From: an uncultured Candidatus Saccharibacteria bacterium
GTDB taxonomy: Bacteria > Patescibacteriota > Minisyncoccia > Phycocordibacterales > CSBR16-119
Assembly (NCBI GenBank): GCA_964490365.1
Contig: CAZBAG010000003.1
Coordinates: 18,116-82,115, forward strand
Length of the DNA stretch: 64,000 nt
Direction of reading: 5' to 3'
Shown: one piece after another, positions 58,611 to 64,000 of the stretch
Numbering within the stretch: the first letter of the stretch is position 1
Layout: every line of letters begins with the position of its first letter
Translations under genes and position numbers: made by a program
The notes under the pieces: model-generated
The model's input: the letters and a program-made list of their open reading frames with translations, nothing else
Database searches by the model: none
What the model was told of the DNA's origin: nothing

Positions 58611-60625
58611 TGCAGCACTAAACTAATAATTCCCTTAAATCTATCAGCAAGTTTTTGAAGGGTCGGAATAAGTATAAGCCCAGTCTCTTTTGCTGTTATA
58701 TGTATTATGGTCACCTTATTATCGGTGTTAAATTCTACACCCAGAGCAATATCAGATTTGCTTACCTTTAAGGTTGATTTCAGATCTTTTTCATTTTGAT
58801 AGCGAAAAGCAACACCAGATAAACCAGCCAGGTCGTTAGTATATTCATCTACAGTTCTTAACCAATCGTCTTTACTATACTCACGAAAAGCTATTGGTTT
58901 TTTACTTAAAAGCGCGTGTACATATTTTATCAATCGCGGCCCAATACTTTTCTCTAATGTAAAAGATGTATCTTTCGATTCCATCGAGAGTAAAATCTTA
59001 TCGTTTATGAATTGTATGATGTGGTCTGGCCGTTTAGAAGATTTACCAGATACTCTTGGAAGCGAAGTCCATCGCAATTCTAGTTTCTTGGTAGGTTCGT
59101 AAATGCTTATGCCACTCCAATCGCCACCTGGCGGATTACACAATGATTCATATACTCCTTGCGTTAACGCATTTGAGAAAAGTAGATGCAATACAGCATC
59201 AACATCATGTTCACCAAAATTAGGTATTTCTTTTGATGCAGGTAGAGCCTTCTTTTCAAACACCTTATCGTTTGGACTAACTAAAAGGCCATAATTTTTC
59301 AGTGAACTACTTGTACTACTATCCACTAGTATTCCATTACTAAGATTAACGATTGCTTCCCAAAGTCCATTAATTGAAGCAAGTTTTCTCATATCTTTTT
59401 CAAGCAAGGTCCAAGTAGATTGTTTGGCAGGACCATATACTACAGTAAGCAAATCTACATCTTCAATTCCAAATATCATTCGAGCTAAGGGAACTAGTCC
59501 TCGATCAGGTCGAGAGTCGTCACCTCGAGGTTTAAAGCCGGCTACCCAGACACAGACTAAAGGTTTTTCAGATTTTGAAACCCATTGAATGAACTCTGCA
59601 CCAGCCTTTTCGCCATAGATTCTAGTGATTTCTTTGCCAAATTCTGCCCGTTTATCGGTGGGGATAATACATATTGGCATTTCTCTAGAACCTATCGCTC
59701 TGGCCCCATTCTTTATAGTTGTTTCGAGTAGATTCTTAAAAGTGGGCGTTAGAGTTTTGATACCAGTTTTCTTATTCCATGGCATTGCTTTTTTAATCAA
59801 CCAGTTTAACTTTTCTGCACCAGTTTTTTGAGAATAAAGTTCGGTCCATTCAGTTGCAGTCAGAACATCTGATCTTTTACGCTGTGTGGTAAGTATCTCT
59901 AAAATTTTAAGAACCTTTGTCTCGACTTGAGTGTGCGCTTCCTTAAAATCAGTCGAAAGCAAAATTCCTCTCACTATTTCAATTGATTCCTTTGTTCCAA
60001 AGCAATCTTTAAAAATCTCAATGATTTTCTGATCGCTAGATGGACTTGGTATATAAACGGGTAGTGACACCGAATTCCTACTTGCACCTAATACTGCATA
60101 CGCAAATGGAACTAGTGGGTTTGGAAATCGTGCAGCCTTAATTTTTCGATCCGAATCGAGCTCCTGGCCACCTAATTCAGTAAAATACAAATAAGGGATA
60201 CCAGCATATGCCAAAGCAAGAGCTCGCCCTGTTCTTTGCCACGCATTATTGCCTGCAGGGAGTGCCCCACTGAATTCTAGAGCTAGAATAGGAACCTCAC
60301 ACTCTTCTCCTCCACTTATTTCTAATTTTGTAATAATTGCATCAGGAGCTTCTCGCAAGCTTCCGCCAAGAGATGCGATATGATCTGTAAGCGCAAAATT
60401 CCAACGACCATAACCCGCAAAAAACTGTACTGTAAAATCCTCACCGTTTCCGGCAATGAATTTGTATTTTGGAGCGAAGGCCGGTCCAGATATTAATTCT
60501 GGCTGGCTACCACCTAAAGAATTTACTATAAGCTTTAATGCGCTCTCACATTCTAAAATATTGTCTCCATGGATACGCAACTGGTGCTGGGTCATTGAAA
60601 TGTATTGAAAAATATTGTATTTCAA
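58604..60625 (-). CDS. Putative restriction endonuclease
   Basis: Convergent with two MTases; PD...E and RPDH...ESK PD-(D/E)xK-like motifs; family not recognised. Confidence 0.55.
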   Translation of the reverse strand: MKYNIFQYISMTQHQLRIHGDNILECESALKLIVNSLGGSQPELISGPAFAPKYKFIAGNGEDFTVQFFAGYGRWNFALTDHIASLGGSLREAPDAIITKLEISGGEECEVPILALEFSGALPAGNNAWQRTGRALALAYAGIPYLYFTELGGQELDSDRKIKAARFPNPLVPFAYAVLGASRNSVSLPVYIPSPSSDQKIIEIFKDCFGTKESIEIVRGILLSTDFKEAHTQVETKVLKILEILTTQRKRSDVLTATEWTELYSQKTGAEKLNWLIKKAMPWNKKTGIKTLTPTFKNLLETTIKNGARAIGSREMPICIIPTDKRAEFGKEITRIYGEKAGAEFIQWVSKSEKPLVCVWVAGFKPRGDDSRPDRGLVPLARMIFGIEDVDLLTVVYGPAKQSTWTLLEKDMRKLASINGLWEAIVNLSNGILVDSSTSSSLKNYGLLVSPNDKVFEKKALPASKEIPNFGEHDVDAVLHLLFSNALTQGVYESLCNPPGGDWSGISIYEPTKKLELRWTSLPRVSGKSSKRPDHIIQFINDKILLSMESKDTSFTLEKSIGPRLIKYVHALLSKKPIAFREYSKDDWLRTVDEYTNDLAGLSGVAFRYQNEKDLKSTLKVSKSDIALGVEFNTDNKVTIIHITAKETGLILIPTLQKLADRFKGIISLVLHQ

Positions 60626-60766
60626 TTCTACTTCAATTTCTTCATTTTTCCTATCTGGATCAAAGCGCCGCCGAATTAGCCCCTAAATTGCCCTGTGTAC
60701 GCTTTTCGCAGCATGTTCAGGGCTTTTTACGTTCCTGGACCAATACCCTCAAATTTGCACATATTC

Positions 60767-61050
60767 GGACCTACACTTAAAAGGTCCTAAAAGTAATGCA
60801 CACCGATTTGCATATTTTATGGCATTAGGATTACAGCAGTCCTTTAGGGCAAAAGTAATGCACCATTTTTTGCTCTTTTGGGACAGTACGATTACAGCAA
60901 TCCTTTAAGGTAAAAGTAATTCCTATATTTAGACACTTTTGCATCTATAGGATTAAGTAGTTCTTTGGTCCAAGTAATTCCTGCAGTTAGAAAATTATAG
61001 GACCTTAGAATAAACAAATCGGCGATCCAAAAGTAATGCACGCAATTTTG
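60767..61050. repeat. ~60-bp periodic degenerate repeat array (candidate iterons/origin)
   Basis: AAGTAAT cores preceded by AA at 60789, 60851, 60912, 61029 and by CC at 60970; 31-nt units at 60829 and 60890 are 28/31 identical. Confidence 0.7.
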
Positions 61051-61169
61051 CACGAAATTGGATCTACGATACATAACACTTCCAGTTGCGCGGAAAGAGC
61101 TGAGTCACTCGCAACTGGGACTCAGCTCTTTCTGTTTTCAGGAAGTCTGATACAAGGTCGAACACCCTC

Positions 61170-61454
61170 ATGCTAAGCAAACAAGCCCTAGAAGAATATA
61201 AGGAAATTCATAAGCAGGAAACCAATACGATCCTAGCTGATGAAGTCTTGCTTGATGAGGCAATTAATCTCCTCACGCTTTTTGATCGCGTCTATCGGCC
61301 GATCAAGAAAGTGTGGCTACAAGAATATGGAAGGAATCACACTCGATCCAGAATGGGAACTACCAAACAGAAAAGAAGAGATTGCGCATCAGTATCATCT
61401 GAAGAAAATACAAGAACTTCAACAGATGGTAGATCGGTCCAAGTTGCGGGGTAA
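61170..61454 (+). CDS. Small helical hypothetical protein of the element backbone
   Basis: MLSKQALEEYKEI...EA.NLL.LF..VYRP; precedes the HTH gene and recombinase. Confidence 0.55.
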   Translation: MLSKQALEEYKEIHKQETNTILADEVLLDEAINLLTLFDRVYRPIKKVWLQEYGRNHTRSRMGTTKQKRRDCASVSSEENTRTSTDGRSVQVAG

Positions 61455-62238
61455 ACGCAGGGTCACACGATTTTTTGTCGATAATGAATATGTGGAGAAC
61501 GGCTATATGGAAAAATTGCCGAAGCTCTGTACCTTGGTGTATCAAGGACTCTTATATCATGGCAATACCGAAACGCAGACAGCGTGGCCGAGTTTTAAGA
61601 AACTCACCGGACACACTGGAGAAAAGAATCGAAACTACATATCAAATGCTCTTCGGTTGCTCAAAGAGTGCGGCATCATTGGTGTGGTCCAGTGCAAGAA
61701 AGGATTTAAAACCTTAAACCTTTACTATTTTCAGTCGACCGAATATTGGATTAGTCTCGAACATACTACTAAACGTCTTAAGCTTACCGATAGCCTTGCG
61801 CAGTATCCAAACGTGACCCTCCGTAGTATCAAAAGACGTGGTGTCCGTAGGAAGAACGTTGATACTCTAACTAACCAAATAAATAACAATCCGAATTCTG
61901 TAACTAGCATCGGAGATGTCTTAGCAAGGAGAATGCAGAAATGGCAGAAAAGCCCAGAGGTTGCTATTCCAGAGGGTTCTCGCAATACTGTCGTTCGCAC
62001 AGCATATGAGGGAGATGTAGAGGTAAGTACCATACACTTAGATAGCCCAGATATACCCGAGGAAAATGGTGAAAAAACGGTACTCCGTAGTGTTCCAGAA
62101 GATACCACGCAGGTTCCCGTAATAACGGGAAATTTACGGGAAAAAATCGCTGAATTGGATACCACGCAAACACACCATGAATTAGCCCTAGAAGACATAA
62201 CCAAAGAAGATATTGGACCAGGTAGCGCAACATTATAA
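61327..62238 (+). CDS. HTH-containing replication-initiator-like protein
   Basis: VY..L..H.N......WPS...L........I..AL.LLKECGII resembles HTH_36/Rep wHTH. Confidence 0.6.
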   Translation: MEGITLDPEWELPNRKEEIAHQYHLKKIQELQQMVDRSKLRGKRRVTRFFVDNEYVENGYMEKLPKLCTLVYQGLLYHGNTETQTAWPSFKKLTGHTGEKNRNYISNALRLLKECGIIGVVQCKKGFKTLNLYYFQSTEYWISLEHTTKRLKLTDSLAQYPNVTLRSIKRRGVRRKNVDTLTNQINNNPNSVTSIGDVLARRMQKWQKSPEVAIPEGSRNTVVRTAYEGDVEVSTIHLDSPDIPEENGEKTVLRSVPEDTTQVPVITGNLREKIAELDTTQTHHELALEDITKEDIGPGSATL

Positions 62239-62242
62239 AACC

Positions 62243-63874
62243 ATGAATAAAACACAACCAATCAAATACTTTCTCTATGCCCGTAAATCGAGCGAGGCAG
62301 AAGATCGACAAGCAGCATCCATCGATGCTCAAAAGGACGAACTCTTAAAGATCGCTAAAGAACAAGGGCTGGTTATCGTTGATATCTTGGAAGAATCACA
62401 ATCAGCCAAGAAGCCAGGAAGACCAGTATTCAACAAAATGCTTGAGAGAATCTATAAAAGCGAAGCCAACGGTATTGTATGTTGGAAATTGGACCGACTA
62501 GCCCGTAATCCAGTAGACGGTGGACAGATAAGTTGGATGTTGCAGCAGAGTGTGATAGCTCAGATTGTTACCTTCGGCCGAACGTATTATCCAACTGACA
62601 ACGTTCTCATGATGCAGGTTGAGCTTGGAATGGCCAACCAATACATCCGAGATCTTTCAGTAAACGTAAAGAGAGGACTCGCTAAGAAGGTCAGAGAAGG
62701 TTGGCTTCCAAGCGGGGCACCGATTGGGTACATGAGCACACCCGATAGAGATAAAGGATTTAAAACAATCAGTATCGATCCAAACCGATTCCCAGTGGTC
62801 CGCAGACTCTTTGACCTTATGCTTACCGGCACTTACACTGTGGCTCAAATTTGGAATATATCCCGTAAGGAGTTGAATTTGAAAACATATCAGCGAAGAA
62901 ATATTGGTGGTAAGCATCTTTCAAAAAGTGCAGTGTATGCAATTTTAAGCAATCACTTTTACTACGGATGGTTTGAGTACCCATATAAAAGCGGAGAATG
63001 GCATAAGGGCGCACATGAGCCGATGATTACCGAAGATGAGTTTAATAAGGTTCAAGTACTTATGGGGCGCAAGACAACTCCTCGGCTTGAGAAGAATTTA
63101 AGTTTTGCTTTTACAGGGCTTATGAAGTGCGGCACCTGTGGTTGTAGTATTACGGCTCAAGCCAAAGTTAAGCGATGTAAGAATGGCAACGTCCACCATT
63201 ATGTCTACTACAACTGCACCAAGAAGAAAGTCGATACCAACTGTCCAGAGCGATGTGTCGAACTAAAGGATCTGACACTCGATATCAAAGAAAAAATAAG
63301 TGAGATCACTATTTCAGAAAAGTTTAAGAACTGGGCTATCAAGCATCTCCATGTAATGAGAAAGAATGAAGCTGACAGTGATACGTTGGTCCTTAAAGGA
63401 AAGCATAAAGAACTTGAAGAAGTTACTAAGAATTTGCAGTCACTTACGCTTAATTTCACCTCACCAAAGAACCAAGACCGATTATTGATATCTGATGATG
63501 AATACCAGAACCTCAAAGCCGGAATGGTTAAACGAAAGCTAATTCTTGAAGATGAGCTCAAGGTCCAAAAGAAACAGGTCCTTGAGTGGGTGGAACTTAC
63601 CGAGCGAACCTTTGATTTTGCATGTTATGCCCATATTTGGTTTGAAAAAGGAGACGATAAGACGAGGAGGGCGATACTTTCATGTTTAGGCTCGAACCTC
63701 ACCCTAAAAGGCAAAAAACTCTTTGTTAATTACCATTCTTTCATCAAGACGATGATGAAAAGTCGTCAGGCGGTTGAAGAAGAATTAGAGAAGGTTAGAA
63801 CCTCTGAAAAGCGAGTCTATAAAAGACAAAACCCCACAAATCGTGAGGTTTCGTCACTAGGGCTCCCCGAGTAG
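62243..63874 (+). CDS. Large serine recombinase
   Basis: YARKSS catalytic Ser, WKLDRLARN, recombinase domain, Zn ribbon CGTCG...YYNC...C, coiled coil; stop lies inside the antisense tRNA. Confidence 0.93.
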   Translation: MNKTQPIKYFLYARKSSEAEDRQAASIDAQKDELLKIAKEQGLVIVDILEESQSAKKPGRPVFNKMLERIYKSEANGIVCWKLDRLARNPVDGGQISWMLQQSVIAQIVTFGRTYYPTDNVLMMQVELGMANQYIRDLSVNVKRGLAKKVREGWLPSGAPIGYMSTPDRDKGFKTISIDPNRFPVVRRLFDLMLTGTYTVAQIWNISRKELNLKTYQRRNIGGKHLSKSAVYAILSNHFYYGWFEYPYKSGEWHKGAHEPMITEDEFNKVQVLMGRKTTPRLEKNLSFAFTGLMKCGTCGCSITAQAKVKRCKNGNVHHYVYYNCTKKKVDTNCPERCVELKDLTLDIKEKISEITISEKFKNWAIKHLHVMRKNEADSDTLVLKGKHKELEEVTKNLQSLTLNFTSPKNQDRLLISDDEYQNLKAGMVKRKLILEDELKVQKKQVLEWVELTERTFDFACYAHIWFEKGDDKTRRAILSCLGSNLTLKGKKLFVNYHSFIKTMMKSRQAVEEELEKVRTSEKRVYKRQNPTNREVSSLGLPE

Positions 63875-63900
63875 GATTCGAACCTACGGCCAATCGATTA
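63863..63900 (-). tRNA. 3' exon of an intron-containing tRNA, probably tRNA-Asn (GTT); 5' exon outside window
   Basis: Minus strand T-AA-TCGAT-TGGCC-GTAGG-TTCGAAT-CCTAC-TCGGGGA-G = positions 36-73; U36 and G73 fit Asn. Confidence 0.8.
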
Positions 63901-64000
63901 CATGTATCCTAAAATTACTTAAAGGCATGGACTATATCATCACCATGTTCCAAATGGAATTTAGGTGCAAGGCGCTTCGATTTTGAATTTCAAAACCTAC
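63901..64000 (-). ncRNA. 3' part of a group I intron in the tRNA anticodon (position 35/36)
   Basis: GATATAGTCC S/P7 element (63929-63938, minus strand), P9-like hairpin, terminal omega-G directly before tRNA nt 36. Confidence 0.8.

Larger units (their letters stand above)
48092..63865. mobile_element. ~15.8-kb serine-recombinase integrative element at a tRNA 3' end
   Basis: Recombinase ORF runs into the antisense tRNA; GCTC core at 48092-48095 and 63862-63865; removing the interval joins the tRNA 3' end to a terminator; cargo of metal resistance, RM and Rep-like genes. Confidence 0.75.

Noticed and set aside
60767-61050. Bona fide CRISPR array
   Set aside because: Only two units are closely similar, the rest are degenerate, and there are no cas genes in the window.
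48092-63874. Prophage or conjugative ICE
   Set aside because: No capsid, terminase, relaxase or T4SS genes are recognisable; treated as an integrative, possibly mobilisable element.
1-64000. UGA-to-Gly recoding (code 25) as the explanation for the prfB TGA
   Set aside because: All long genes are open in code 11, pyrG and others end in TGA, RF2 itself is present, and the TGA aligns with Trp rather than Gly.

Overview
AT-rich, gene-dense chromosomal segment that looks like Patescibacteria/CPR (Parcubacteria-like; this assignment is inferred from gene content and style) and uses genetic code 11. Bases 1 to ~48,090 are mostly housekeeping: gatA, five complete tRNAs, prfB, ftsEX, pyrG, typA, rnj, secG, secA, dnaE, rnhB, truB, uppP, pyk. 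They are interspersed with small orphan genes, a T9SS-CTD protein next to a beta-barrel-like protein, and a WxL/DUF916 plus cohesin-dockerin surface cluster. Bases ~48,092-63,865 form a ~15.8 kb integrative element inserted at the 3' end of an intron-containing tRNA (probably Asn). It carries a CsoR/CopA copper operon, a long RelA/SpoT-domain protein, a LexA-methyltransferase fusion with a second MTase and a putative endonuclease, a ~60-bp periodic repeat array, an HTH/Rep-like gene and a large serine recombinase. Most notable observations: (1) the predicted crossover lies inside the recombinase's last codons, so excision would swap its C-terminus for an in-frame 45-aa tail ending AAAL; (2) prfB has an in-frame UGA at the conserved Trp instead of the usual +1 frameshift; (3) an unassigned ~335-nt structured ncRNA has its own promoter and terminator; (4) structured mini-elements follow two tRNAs and duplicate their 3' ends.
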